NCBI RefSeq assembly: GCF_009914755.1
Contig: NC_060936.1
DNA: 64,000 nt
Direction: 5' to 3' (one strand)
From: the human T2T-CHM13v2.0 reference genome, Homo sapiens
The translations under genes were made by a program, and so were the position numbers. Below the pieces are notes generated by a model. The model worked only from the letters and a program-made list of their open reading frames with translations, did not search any database and had not been told where the DNA came from. Positions 34,387-50,079 of this stretch are shown here, piece after piece (within the stretch, counting starts at the first letter, position 1; each line of letters starts with the position of its first letter).

Positions 34387-34884
34387 ATGGACATCCTGGT
34401 CCCACTCCTGCAGCTGCTGGTGCTGCTTCTTACCCTGCCCCTGCACCTCATGGCTCTGCTGGGCTGCTGGCAGCCCCTGTGCAAAAGCTACTTCCCCTAC
34501 CTGATGGCCGTGCTGACTCCCAAGAGCAACCGCAAGATGGAGAGCAAGAAACGGGAGCTCTTCAGCCAGATAAAGGGGCTTACAGGAGCCTCCGGGAAAG
34601 TGGCCCTACTGGAGCTGGGCTGCGGAACCGGAGCCAACTTTCAGTTCTACCCACCGGGCTGCAGGGTCACCTGCCTAGACCCAAATCCCCACTTTGAGAA
34701 GTTCCTGACAAAGAGCATGGCTGAGAACAGGCACCTCCAATATGAGCGGTTTGTGGTGGCTCCTGGAGAGGACATGAGACAGCTGGCTGATGGCTCCATG
34801 GATGTGGTGGTCTGCACTCTGGTGCTGTGCTCTGTGCAGAGCCCAAGGAAGGTCCTGCAGGAGGTCCGGAGAGTACTGAGACCG
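34387..34884 (+). CDS. METTL7B: METTL7B (TMT1B) coding exon 1, codons 1-166; SAM-dependent thiol methyltransferase
   Basis: Kozak GCCATGG; hydrophobic N-terminus; SAM motif LELGCGTG; donor CCG|GTAAGC. Confidence 0.97.
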
Positions 34885-35154
34885 GTAAGCAGGGTGGGAA
34901 GGGGATGGGTGTGGGGCAGGCAAACGCAGCATCAGCCGCCCCAGGGTTCGGCCCCCAGAATGGGGCGTCTGAGGTAGTAAGTAGCACATTAGACACCCCA
35001 TCCACCTCTACCTGCTGGTGAATAGGAGACATGACCAGTGCCATGACGGGGCACAATTGGGTGCTGTGGAAGCAACAGGAGGATCACCTACCACCATGGG
35101 ACAGGGAGGGGAGTGGGGAGGACACCTAAGGAACTGAGGTTTAAATCGAGATCT

Positions 35155-36216
<1,062 letters not shown>

Positions 36217-36441
36217 TTAAAGATCTCCCACCAGCCACTCCTTTCAGTTATGAGGTTCTTCATATGCACTTTGAAGGCGGTAGCAGGGGATGCAGAAAAG
36301 GTCAGGGGCACGACAGTTTGCTCCATGAACTCTCAGACCAGCAGCTCCCATTTCACCAAGAAGTTTGACTGTCTTGATCAGCGCGATAGGGAGCAGGGTC
36401 AGAATGGAGCCAAGTGACACTAACTCTCTCATCCCTCCCAG

Positions 36442-36678
36442 GGAGGTGTGCTCTTTTTCTGGGAGCATGTGGCAGAACCATATGGAAGCTGGGCCTTCAT
36501 GTGGCAGCAAGTTTTCGAGCCCACCTGGAAACACATTGGGGATGGCTGCTGCCTCACCAGAGAGACCTGGAAGGATCTTGAGAACGCCCAGTTCTCCGAA
36601 ATCCAAATGGAACGACAGCCCCCTCCCTTGAAGTGGCTACCTGTTGGGCCCCACATCATGGGAAAGGCTGTCAAATAA
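36442..36678 (+). CDS. METTL7B: METTL7B coding exon 2, codons 167-244 plus TAA
   Basis: Acceptor CCCAG|GGA; GGVLFFWEHV..HIMGKAVK*; total 244 aa. Confidence 0.97.
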   Translation, partial: GGVLFFWEHVAEPYGSWAFMWQQVFEPTWKHIGDGCCLTRETWKDLENAQFSEIQMERQPPPLKWLPVGPHIMGKAVK

Positions 36679-37214
36679 TCTTTCCCAAGCTCCAAGGCAC
36701 TCATTTGCTCCTTCCCCAGCCTCCAATTAGAACAAGCCACCCACCAGCCTATCTATCTTCCACTGAGAGGGACCTAGCAGAATGAGAGAAGACATTCATG
36801 TACCACCTCCTAGTCCCTCTCTCCCCAACCTCTGCCAGGGCAATCTCTAACTTCAATCCCGCCTTCGACAGTGAAAAAGCTCTACTTCTACGCTGACCCA
36901 GGGAGGAAACACTAGGACCCTGTTGTATCCTCAACTGCAAGTTTCTGGACTAGTCTCCCAACGTTTGCCTCCCAATGTTGTCCCTTTCCTTCGTTCCCAT
37001 GGTAAAGCTCCTCTCGCTTTCCTCCTGAGGCTATACCCATGCGTCTCTAGGAACTGGTCACAAAAGTCATGGTGCCTGCATCCCTGCCAAGCCCCCCTGA
37101 CCCTCTCTCCCCACTACCACCTTCTTCCTGAGCTGGGGGCACCAGGGAGAATCAGAGATGCTGGGGATGCCAGAGCAAGACTCAAAGAGGCAGAGGTTTT
37201 GTTCTCAAATATTT

Positions 37215-37223
37215 TTTAATAAA
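37215..37223. terminator. Overlapping poly(A) signals: AATAAA (+, METTL7B, 37218-37223) and ATTAAA (-, ITGA7, 37220-37215)
   Basis: TTTAATAAA lies between the two stop codons. Confidence 0.85.
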
Positions 37224-37686
37224 TAGACGAAACCACGAAACCACTAGACTGATGGCAGCAAACTAAGGTCAGATGAGAGGGGAAACTAGAGAAGGAGCAG
37301 CCTGAGTCAGTGACACAACCTCCTCCCCGACCCTCTAGGTTAAGGCACTTCCGGGGAGGCAGGTCCTTGGGGTCCTGTTACACAGGGTGAATGGGAGAGG
37401 AAGGGATTAGGATCCCTTCTCCCCACCTTTGCATCAGGACACCCCTGCCCTTCTCACCCTACCCCATGGCCCTGTCCCTGATTTACCCACTCTCATCTCA
37501 CAGCACTCTAAGGGGAAGTTGGGTGGGAGGAGTTCTTGTGGGTGGGAGAGGTCTGTGCCCCTGAGGAAGCCGATCCTGCCAAATCTTGATGCGACACCAG
37601 CAGCCCACTCTACCCTCTTCATCCCAAGGAGCCATCTCTGGGGAAGGGATGGAGGGCAGCCACAGGCCAGGCTGGGACATGGGAAC

Positions 37687-37917
37687 CTAGGCGGTGCCTG
37701 GCCCTGGATGCCCATCGGGGCCCAGCTCGGGATGCCCGTCAGCAGCCAGGATGGGGTGTGCATCCGGGCCCTCCCGCCGGGGGCTGCCCCAGTTGTTCCT
37801 CAGGATGGTGCCCGTCTTCTCCTCCTTGAACTGCTGTCGGTCTTCCCGAGGAATCTTCACCGCATGGTACTGGGGCACGGTGGCCTCGGGGTGCTTCGCC
37901 CGTTTGAAGAATCCCAT
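37687..37917 (-). CDS. ITGA7: ITGA7 last exon, alpha7B cytoplasmic tail (A frame stops at TGA 37859-37857)
   Basis: MGFFKRAKHPEAT..GPGTA*; GFFKR motif. Confidence 0.97.
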   Translation of the reverse strand: MGFFKRAKHPEATVPQYHAVKIPREDRQQFKEEKTGTILRNNWGSPRREGPDAHPILAADGHPELGPDGHPGPGTA

Positions 37918-38830
37918 CTATAAGGACAGCAGGCCAGACCATGAGGAGCCTGAAGAGCTGCGGTCCCTGGAGCAGATGCCTAGCGCGGCACAGCTCCTCA
38001 CCCTCACCATCCCTGCTGCGGCAGAAAGGAAATAGGCTGAATAGCATCTGGTGTGGTGGGCAGCACCCACGGTGCTCCCATCAGTGCTGTGTCCCCAGGT
38101 TCTCATTCACAGCAAGAGAGAGACCAGAAGGGCGTCCAAGAGGCAGGACCAAGGGTATCTCCCTTGGCCCCTGAAAGAGGGCCTTGAGGGTGGAGCATCA
38201 GGTCCGGACTCAAGATTTGTACCCCCTCTAGCTTCTTAAGAGACCCAATAGTGTCCCCCAGAACACAAACAAGACCTGAGGAAGAAAATGGCTTCCTAGT
38301 CCCCTGCATCTCTGGAATGATACCTCTCAAGCCTCATAAACATGCACCCCGTGTACTTGTACCTTGGGCGGCACGCCCCTTACAGCAATACCCTCTTGTC
38401 CATCAATACAGTAGTCTAGCCCCACCCTAAATGAGGACCATGCTGGCCCTTACACACCAGGGTGGGAATGTGCCCCTGCACACTCACACTCAGAGGCCCA
38501 GGACTCCTACATGCTCAGACTGCATGGCATCTCCTTACACATTCATCTCCTTGCACACTCATGCCCATAGAAAAAAGCATGCATGCGACCTCCCCACACT
38601 CCCACATGCTCACACCCCATGAGCCCACCAACCCTTTGTGCACGCCTCAGGCTGTGTAGACTTACCCTTATATCTGCACCCTTCTAATTACCTCTCACCT
38701 CACATCACTCTCATGCAATCTCATTTTTCACCCTGAACATTCCTGATCCCCTGAATGCTGGGAATTCTCCTTATATTCACACACATACATACCCACACAC
38801 ACTAGACACATGCACACACACAACAGTTAC

Positions 38831-38943
38831 CCCACAGTCCCTGGACCCCCAACTTCCATGGCTGAAGGCTGCACAGCCAGACAGGCCCGGTGATAGTTGG
38901 TGGGAAAAGATGAGCTCTGGCTGCTCCGATGGAAGAAGCCACA
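38831..38943 (-). CDS. ITGA7: ITGA7 alternative exon A (113 nt, alpha7A tail)
   Basis: TAG|TGTGGC..GTGGG|GTAACT; CGFFHRSSQSSSFPTNYHRAC.. Confidence 0.92.
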
Positions 38944-39531
38944 CTAGGATGTCGAGGGAGAAGCAGGGCAGAGGAAGCAGAGGATGGAAAGACTGAGGAA
39001 GGACAGGAGCCCCTATCTCTGCTCTGTCTTCCTTCCATGGGAGCAGGGAGCAAGCATCCTGGGACCAGTTTCACAGAGGCATCAATCTCCCCTAAGACTG
39101 GGAAGGTTCCCAACAGCTTGGATGCCACTCCAGAGCCTGGTCTACTGATGATTCACACTTGCCAAAGGGTGGCTCAGTCTCTGATTGGTCCCAAAGAGCA
39201 GGCACAGGCAGGGGCAGTTCTCCAGAGCCCCAAGGACATGTGTGGTTCTGAACATAGCCCCCGATGTGGCAGATGGCTCAGCATATGACCCCGGTGATGT
39301 ATGTGATTCCGTGTACTGACGTGTGCATGTGCATACTTTTACATTGAGCCCTGGATACCAGTATGATTCGGTATACAGCTCTGGGTGTACAAGAATGCTT
39401 CCATGCAGAGCCTGGTATGTGGAAGCTCTGAGTTCCGCCATGAGGGCAGTCCCCTGGAGGCCGTTCTCCGTGCTTGTTGGCCTTCTTGGCCACATTTACC
39501 TTTCCAGTTTTCACTGCCACATTCTAGTTAA

Positions 39532-40417
<886 letters not shown>

Positions 40418-40598
40418 TGCATCTGATTTATCTTTGAAACATCCAGGGACTAATAGAGTTCCTGAGACATGCAGGGCAAGTGTTCAGTGCAGATTTGCTG
40501 AATACATGAGTGTGTGGGTGGGTGACAGAACCACAATACAAAATGCTGCTCACCCAACCAGGAAGTCCACCCCCATCAGCCCCACCTCCAAGCCTCAC

Positions 40599-40724
40599 CT
40601 TCCACAGGAGCAGCACCAGCAGTGCTAGCACCAGCAGCCCAGCCAGTACAGCCAGGAGGATGACCCACCAGGGCACTCCTTCTGCCACCACAGCCATGGG
40701 GTCCAAGTATACCATCACTGGGAT
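40599..40724 (-). CDS. ITGA7: ITGA7 exon (126 nt), transmembrane domain
   Basis: IPVMVYLDP..WWVILLAVLAGLLVLALLVLLLWK; AG/GT. Confidence 0.96.
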
Positions 40725-40829
40725 CTGGGGAGCAAGGGGTCAATGGAGCAAGAGGTCAATGGAACAAGAACTGGAGGGAGCAGGAAAGAAGAGAGTCCTC
40801 CCCACCTATCCCCCAACCCTGCAGCTCAC

Positions 40830-40928
40830 CACTGTGGAGGCATCTCGGAGCATCAAGTTCTTTATGGAGGACTTCACTGTGATGTTGGCCCGGACAATCA
40901 CTTCCAGGGACTTCACAGCTGAGTACTC
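40830..40928 (-). CDS. ITGA7: ITGA7 exon (99 nt)
   Basis: EYSAVKSLEV..DASTV; AG/GT. Confidence 0.95.
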
Positions 40929-41069
40929 CTAAGGGAACAGGGAAGGAGACCCTTCTCCTAAATGCCCCATGTCTCCCTCCCTTCCCCTTACCTCCTGAAA
41001 TTATAAATGTAATGGTGCCCAACACAGAGGATGTTTCTGCCTGGTTTGGGTTAAGAGTATGCTGCGTTT

Positions 41070-41466
<397 letters not shown>

Positions 41467-41470
41467 TCAC

Positions 41471-41584
41471 CTCCAGAAAGGTGCTGTTCCAGAGACGGCC
41501 CCAGACATGCAGCACAGCCGCGCGGTCAAAGCTGTAGAGTGGGCAGCTGAACACCACACAGTTGGCCGTGCCCCGGGCGCAGTC
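41471..41584 (-). CDS. ITGA7: ITGA7 exon (114 nt)
   Basis: [17 protein letters not shown]; AG/GT. Confidence 0.95.
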
Positions 41585-42381
41585 CTAGGGATAAGGACAG
41601 ACAGGGGTCTAAGCCACTCAGCTCAACGCTGCTGAGACTGCCATCTCTCCCATTTTCCTTACTTGACCTCAAACTCCCCTCCTCCAGGAAGTCTTCTCAA
41701 ACTAATCTTATATCCAAAATAGCTGCCTGCCCCAAATCTGAGCTATTCAGCTTTGAAATGCGTGGAGGGGGCAGCATGGAAGGGAATCTCTTACTTGACA
41801 GCACAGGCAGAGTAGCTTCCCCAAGTGATGCTTATGTTACCTAATGACAGTCCCATTTATTGAGCACCTACTACTTGTCAGGCACTTATCTCACTTAAGC
41901 TTCGCAATAGTCCTACAAGGTGCACATTATCATCCTCATTTTTCAAAGGAAGAAACTGAGGAGGCCCAAGGAGGCCAAGCGACCTGCCTCAGGTCACAGC
42001 ACTAGCAAAGCTAATGAGTGGTGGAGCAAATATTTGAACTCAGGTCCATATTCGGCAAAGCCACACCCCTGCCCTAAACCCAAACTCGCTGAAGGAGGAG
42101 GAGGTAGCCTCAGGAGCTCCTGGGTAGACAGGGGACTCAGGCTCTGTTCTTTCCAGGACTGACCTAAATCCATTTGGCCCAATCACCACCTCACGACCCA
42201 TTTGCCTGAAAGTTATGTTATATTCATCACACCACGATCCAGACACAGAAGAATGGCTTTAAGAGTGTCTGAATTATTTGAGTTATCTTTTATTTTGCCA
42301 CTTTTGAGCCATTCAAGAATCCTTAGCCAAGCTGTCTAAAAGCAAGGCCTTCTGCCTTTTTAGTAAAAGAATCTACTTTAG

Positions 42382-43792
<1,411 letters not shown>

Positions 43793-43809
43793 AAAAGAAT
43801 CTACTTTAG

Positions 43810-44264
43810 ACATTATGTTAAGCAAAGTAAGCCAGACTCAGAAAGATAAATACTGCATTATCTCACTTATATGTGGAATCTGAAAGTTGAACTCATAGAA
43901 GTAGAGAGTAGAATAGTTGTTACCTAGGGCTGGAGTGGAGGCGGGGTGTGGCTGGGGAGATGGAGGAGATGGTGGTCAAAAGATACAAAGTTTCAGTTAG
44001 ACAGAAGGAAGAGATATCTATTTAAGAGATCTAATGCACAACATGGGGACTGTAGTTAATAACAACATATTGTATTCCTGAGAATCACTAAGAGAATAGA
44101 TTTTAAGTGTTCTTACCACAAAAATAAGTATGTGAGGTGATGCATATGTTAATTAGCTCAATATAGCCATTCCACAGTATATACATATTTCAAAACATTG
44201 TATTATACATGATAAATATAATTTTTGTCATTTAAATAAATAAATACATTTTAACATGAAAACA
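43810..44264 (+). mobile_element. Older L1 (L1MA-like) 3' end
   Basis: gacattatgttaag..ctcacttatatgtggaatct..aataaataaa. Confidence 0.8.
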
Positions 44265-44758
44265 AAAAGAATCTATTTCAAAGTTCCCATTTAAAAGGGA
44301 GGCCTCTCAGAGGAAATCGGTCACGTGGAGAAGGGAGGATTATCCATGTAATAGAGCAACAGCCACGACATGGGTTCCTACATCCCCTGACGTTCTTCAG
44401 TTTGCCTCATGCCATGCTCCCAGGGGAGCTGAGGGCCCAAAGCAGGGACTGCAGCAGCTGCTGACATTCCCCTGCAAAGGGTCTCCTTGGCTCTACCTGG
44501 GGTTTACCTCCACCTCCTTACAATCAAGCCAAAGACCTCCTAATCTAAGTCCCCACCACATTCTCACTGCGAGCCCCATCCTAGCAGGGAGGGGCACAGA
44601 GCATGTGCGGATCTGCTCAATACCTTCACCTAAACAACACAACTCTGCAAAACAAGCAGAAAAGGGGAAAGCAAAACTGCTCAAAAGGGGTAAACTTAAT
44701 AAATCACATATAATATACGGTTGTCTTAATTATTAGAACTTTTAGAATTTAGTGTTTT

Positions 44759-45100
<342 letters not shown>

Positions 45101-45472
45101 TTACACAAATTGACTTTTTTATCTTATAAGAGTTCAAAAGAACGACAAACAGACCTCAAAGTGTGAGGATGGGCTAACCCCATCCCATCACGTATAAAAT
45201 GTAATGCTTTATATAAACGTAATGTGAATCAATTGCTTGGCTAACTAACTGGCTTCAGGTGGAGTGACCTGTTCTAGAGTGAGCAATTGCAGGGGCTGAG
45301 CAGGAAGGGGGTCTGCAGTGTCAGTAGCTGCCTCCCGGGCACCCCCTCCTATGAATTGTGATGGGAACATCTGGTCAACTTGCACCCAGACCATCATGTG
45401 TCTCAACAGGTACCCTTCCTGGACACGCAGCACCCCGGAGCTCTGGCTGCACCGAGTCTGGCCTGCCCTCAC

Positions 45473-45604
45473 CAGGGTGATGTTTTTCTTCTTCTCAGCA
45501 GAGGACACTGGCCACCAGGACATGCTGGGCTCCTGCCGCTCACCAGGCTCCTGCTGCTCAGGTGGCTCCAGCTCCCGCCGCCTCCTATCCCTACTGTCCA
45601 CATC
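45473..45604 (-). CDS. ITGA7: ITGA7 exon (132 nt), includes RRRRE heavy/light chain cleavage site
   Basis: DVDSRDRRRRELEP..KKNITL. Confidence 0.95.
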
Positions 45605-45769
45605 CTGGACACGGAAGGGGGGTCTTAGTGAGTGTCCCTCCAATCACAGCAGTGCTAAGATCGAATCTCCTCCCCACCGCCTTCCTCCTGCCCCATCACT
45701 GCACTCACTACCCTTACTCCCCATAACATCTGTCCCCACATCTAACCCCCACCCCCACCTAAGCCTCAC

Positions 45770-45946
45770 CAGGTGGAGGATGTTGGGCCTGGGAGAGCAA
45801 AGCCCTTTCTGCCCAGGCCCCTGCCCGCCCTCCAGCTCAACCTGCATTGGGTACAGCAACCACTTCCCATTGGCAATCTCATGAGGCCACATGATGTTGA
45901 GGAAGGCAGAGCCCAGGGTTCTGAGCGACTGGCCTTGGTTGGAAAC
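45770..45946 (-). CDS. ITGA7: ITGA7 exon (177 nt)
   Basis: VSNQGQSL..WPHEIANGKWLLYP..NILHL. Confidence 0.95.
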
Positions 45947-46649
45947 CTGTGGGAAAAAGAGAGTATGAGGGGAGAGACCTCAGTTTTTCTTTTTTTTTTT
46001 TTTTTAATTTTTTGTAGAGACAGGATCTATGTTGCCCAGGCTTGTCTCTAACTCCTGGGCTCAAGTGATCCTGCCACCTTGGCCTCCTGTAGTGCTGTGA
46101 TTACAGGCATGAGCCACCGTGCCCAGCCAAGGAACTCAGCTTTCAAGTGGATCCTAAATCCACAGAGATGGAAGGAACAAGGGCTGAAGAGAAGGCCCTC
46201 AGGAAACACAATTTCAACAAATACTCAGGATCCTAGACCCCACCAGGCACCATTCTCTCCACCCACCAAATCCGGGAAACCCTGGAAGTGTCCCTGGAAG
46301 GTGTGAGGAGAGGCCCCAGCCAAGCAAAGGCAGAGTTCTAGGGAGAGACATTAACCCCCCGCCCCATGTTCCCATCCCCCAGCTGAGGCCCACAGCAGAG
46401 AAGCTTCCCTGGACTCTCATGGCCTACCACACCAGCAGGTGAGACAGCCAGACAGAATGACCAGGAAATGGTCAAATGAGGCCCCAGCAGGAACACCTTC
46501 CCACAGCCAAGGTCCATATGCAGGACAGAGGCCTCAAACTGCATGCTGCCACATGGTAGAAGAGCCCCAGCCCTGGGGACACAGCTCAGCCTCTCCTCTG
46601 TGCCAAGGAGGGAGGGTGACCATGGAGGGGCCTCATCCCTGACACTTAC

Positions 46650-46752
46650 CGTGACCTCATACTTGACCTTGCTGCCCACATCCCGCTCAGACTGCATGGC
46701 TCTCTCGCCCCTCACCACACCAGAGAAGAAGAGTTGCTGGGGAATGGCCATT
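46650..46752 (-). CDS. ITGA7: ITGA7 exon (103 nt)
   Basis: MAIPQQLFFSG..KYEVT. Confidence 0.95.
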
Positions 46753-46884
46753 CTGGCGTGGAGAGGTCAGAACAGGGGTGAGAAGGTCTGGGGCCTGGCT
46801 CAATGAAGGCAGGGCCCTGGCCAAGGTTTGGAAATGTCAATGCCCCCTCCCTCCAATGGAGGTGCCCCCTTGGGCCAGGCTCAC

Positions 46885-46959
46885 CCTGCAATGGACAGTG
46901 GCAGCTCAATGAAGACACGGGCTCGTGCAGAGACTGGATGCAGCTCCTGCTCACTGATC
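46885..46959 (-). CDS. ITGA7: ITGA7 exon (75 nt)
   Basis: ISEQELHPVSARARVFIELPLSIAG. Confidence 0.94.
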
Positions 46960-47071
46960 CTGGTGAGTGGGCAGGGGCAAGTATGGGCATCAGGCACAGG
47001 CACCTCCCAAGGGGTCAGATGAGGTCAATATGACTACCCCCACCTCACCCCTCCGGCCCCGCCTGGCTTAC

Positions 47072-47151
47072 GTGGCCAACAGCAGCTCTACCTCCAGTTC
47101 CGTGGTCTCAATGCTGATCCCGGAGGTGCTAAGGATGAGGTAGAAGGTGAC
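47072..47151 (-). CDS. ITGA7: ITGA7 exon (80 nt)
   Basis: VTFYLILSTSGISIETTELEVELLLAT. Confidence 0.94.
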
Positions 47152-47243
47152 CTAGGCCAAGGGTGGAAAGAGATTAGAGTCAGGGGTGGTCTACGGGCTT
47201 ATGGAGAGGCTACTCACGTAGGGATAAGGGCAGATGTGCCAAC

Positions 47244-47324
47244 CTGGGCACCTCTCTTCATGGGGTTCCCCAGCTCACACTCAACATGGGAGGCATTCTC
47301 ATTGGACAGGCAGAGTGGCTTCTC
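47244..47324 (-). CDS. ITGA7: ITGA7 exon (81 nt)
   Basis: EKPLCLSNENASHVECELGNPMKRGAQ. Confidence 0.94.
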
Positions 47325-47406
47325 CTGGAATGGGAGAGAAGGCAAGGTCAGTCTGGGTTACTGGAGCCCCTCAAGACCCCACCCCATCCTGCCCCCAGGT
47401 CCTCAC

Positions 47407-47599
47407 CGCAGGGTCCAGGGCCCGGACCCCTGAGTAGTGCAGTGAGTCAGGAAGCATGACCAGGAGCTGGGCTTCATGGGCATCATCCCCATCAGCCTGG
47501 GGCTGGGCTGGGTCCGATGGCAGGTTGGTGACCATCAGCTCCAGGCCAATGACTGGCTGCCCACTCAGTGCAAACAGGGCTGTTGTTCCATCCACATCC
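47407..47599 (-). CDS. ITGA7: ITGA7 exon (193 nt)
   Basis: DVDGTTALFALSG..RALDPA. Confidence 0.95.
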
Positions 47600-48150
47600 C
47601 TGGAGAGTCAGACCCCATTCCTGCTAAGTTCTGAACACCTCCCCCTACCATTCCCCCGCCCAGTCTGCTCCCCCAGTACCTGCCTTCACTCCCTGAGCCT
47701 CTCTTCCCACCCCAGGTCCCCATCACACCCGTCCAAGCCTCAGGCCTCTGTACACATGACTGGGAGTCAGGGGACCTCCGTTCTCATCTCAGCTCCACCA
47801 TTACTTACCTTGGGCAAGTAACTTAACCTCTCTAGGCTTCAGTTCTCCATCTATAAAATGAGACTAATATAATTCCTACCTCACAGAGGTTTGAAGACTA
47901 ACCAATGAGATGTATGTAGACTGCATATTATTAGTGTACTGTGAAGGATTGCTATTCCTTGCCATGGGAGCCCCCGTGGCCCCATCACTGACCCTCATCT
48001 CAGTCTCCAAGTCCATCGGCAGGTCCTCTTCCACCTTCTGCCTTTTCTGCAGGTTCAGCCCTTCCCTCTGACTGGTCCTCCTGAGAGGGCTTTCTCTCAA
48101 TCCTTGAACTCTTGCCCTCCCACCCCCACCCTGCTCTCTGCCCCCCTCAC

Positions 48151-48266
48151 ATGGGCAGAGGTTGGAATTCCGTGTCGCTGACCCGGGTACAGAAGCGGGC
48201 GTGGACCAGCTGCAGATTGCTCTGGCAGATCTTGTCTTCACCACAGCCTTGCTTCAGGAAGTGGAT
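48151..48266 (-). CDS. ITGA7: ITGA7 exon (116 nt)
   Basis: IHFLKQGCGEDKICQSNLQLVHARFC.. Confidence 0.95.
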
Positions 48267-48911
48267 CTGGGGAGAGACATGAGATAAGGGGCATTCCTAG
48301 GGGGCAAGGCAGGGGGCAAACCTGTCACCATGGCATATGGTGGGTTAGAGTATCACAGGATTAAACAACCTGTCCTCAACTCTCAGATCTGCTGCTTACT
48401 AGCCATGTGATCCTGAACTGGGTCCTCTCCTCTGGGTCCTCTCATCATGGTAGTGATGGGAGCACTACCATGCCATGGTAGAGACTAGCAGCAAGTCAAG
48501 AGCTGGGCCACACTGCCCCAGCTCACATGCATGTAACTGAGTTCCGGATTTAGAACGGGAAAAGATGTCAAGGGCACCACTTCTGGGCCAGCCATAAAAA
48601 CCATGCAAGCAAGGGGCCTCATGTTCTCCCTTCCAGCTGAATGGGATGAATGTGACTTCAAGAGCTTGAAGGCCGCATTTGAAGATTACAGAATCCCATC
48701 AACCTGAGCCCCCTGAATGACTACATGGAGTAGAGGAGCTCTGTCCCCTTGACTAGGAACATGGTCATTTAGGCACCTAGAGATATGAGGAATTACTGGA
48801 GTAGCATACGTGAAAGGGCTCTGTGAGCTGTGAATTGGTGTCACTGGGGAGGGACCATGATCTTTGCCCTCCCAGCTCCTCCTCCTGGGCTAAACCAGAA
48901 CCCATGCTCAC

Positions 48912-49061
48912 CTCTGCCCGCTGGGTGCTGGGCTGGTGGGCATTGAGGATGGGGGCCACTGGAGGCAGCCCCTGGCCAGGAGCCTGTCGCCGGAGCCGAG
49001 GGGTCTGGAGACTGTAGGACAAGGTCACTACAATGGCCCGAAGCTTGTCTTTGACATTTTC
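48912..49061 (-). CDS. ITGA7: ITGA7 exon (150 nt)
   Basis: ENVKDKLRAIVVTL..STQRAE. Confidence 0.95.
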
Positions 49062-49527
49062 CTAGGAAGAGGAAGGTCTATTCCTCACTGGAACAATCCC
49101 CAGGCCTCAGCCCTGCTCAGTGCCCCAGCCAGACCTAGGACCAATTCTAAAACTTGGAAAGAATATTAGGGAGATGAATGAGAGAGGTGGAGAACTGAGC
49201 AAGGAGGAGGGAGAAAGACTGGGGTAGGGGACAGGGGAAACCTTTAGGGCTTTGAGGACCAGATGTGATGATAAAAGCTGCCACCTCCTCCATTCAGCTG
49301 GAAGAGGGGACATGAAGCCCCTTGCACCTCCTCCTCCTCCAGGGAGTGCAGAAATGACAGGAGAGGGCAGCAGATGAGGAGGAAGTGAGCTCAGAAGACA
49401 GGTTTCCCACGTGTCTAGGTCTTAGAAGGAGGCACGAGTGTGCTCGGGAAAAAGCAGCTAAGAGGAATCAGGGAAAAGAGATGGAGCCATGAAAATGACC
49501 CTCAGAAGCCAAGGGGTCAGTGTCCAC

Positions 49528-49697
49528 CTGGAGCTGGAACATGGCGTCTCCACAGACTCGGTCATGCTGGTGCTTCAGCCACACGGTGCCCGAGGCCTGG
49601 TGCTTGGGTTCTTCCAGGTTACGGCTCAGGAACGTCACACGGGGAACCTGGCCCCGGAGCCTCCGGTCTGTGTCCGCATCTAACACATAGTCCAGGG
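49528..49697 (-). CDS. ITGA7: ITGA7 exon (170 nt)
   Basis: LDYVLDADTDRRLRG..MFQLQ. Confidence 0.95.
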
Positions 49698-49844
49698 CTG
49701 TGGCATGTTGGGAAAGGAGGAGCTGCTGAGCTGCAGAGCTGCTCCAGCTCACCCCATTCCAAGGGTGCTCTTCTACCACCTCGAAGTGACCCCCCTCCCT
49801 GGGAAACCCAAAAGGGCGAGCCACAGAGGGGGGACCGCACTCAC

Positions 49845-49906
49845 CCACAGTAGGGCTATAGCTGCTGGGGACTGCAATGTAGCTGAAACAGACCCTTAGG
49901 TCCACA
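49845..49906 (-). CDS. ITGA7: ITGA7 exon (62 nt)
   Basis: VDLRVCFSYIAVPSSYSPTV. Confidence 0.94.
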
Positions 49907-50079
49907 CTGCGGGGGCAAAGGTGGCTCCTGAGCCAAACGAGGCTGATGGGCCAAGGCCCCTACCCCCACCCCATCTGTCACATCCTGTCACAGCCCCAGC
50001 CCCAAACTGGGGAGATAAAGGATCAAAGGGAGGGCAGGGGAAGCTGCCAGGGTCCAGGTGCCACCCGATCCCACCTCAC

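Noticed and set aside
34885-34977. 196-aa METTL7B ORF extension
   Set aside because: Read-through past a strong GTAAGC donor; splicing gives the 244-aa protein
36679-36777. 32 open codons after the METTL7B stop (277 aa if read through)
   Set aside because: TAA-T is a poor read-through context and this length is expected by chance; relevant only to a stop-loss allele
39498-39525. Possible 24-nt microexon (TAG|AATGTG..GAAAG|GTAAAT) upstream of exon A
   Set aside because: No polypyrimidine tract; needs junction reads
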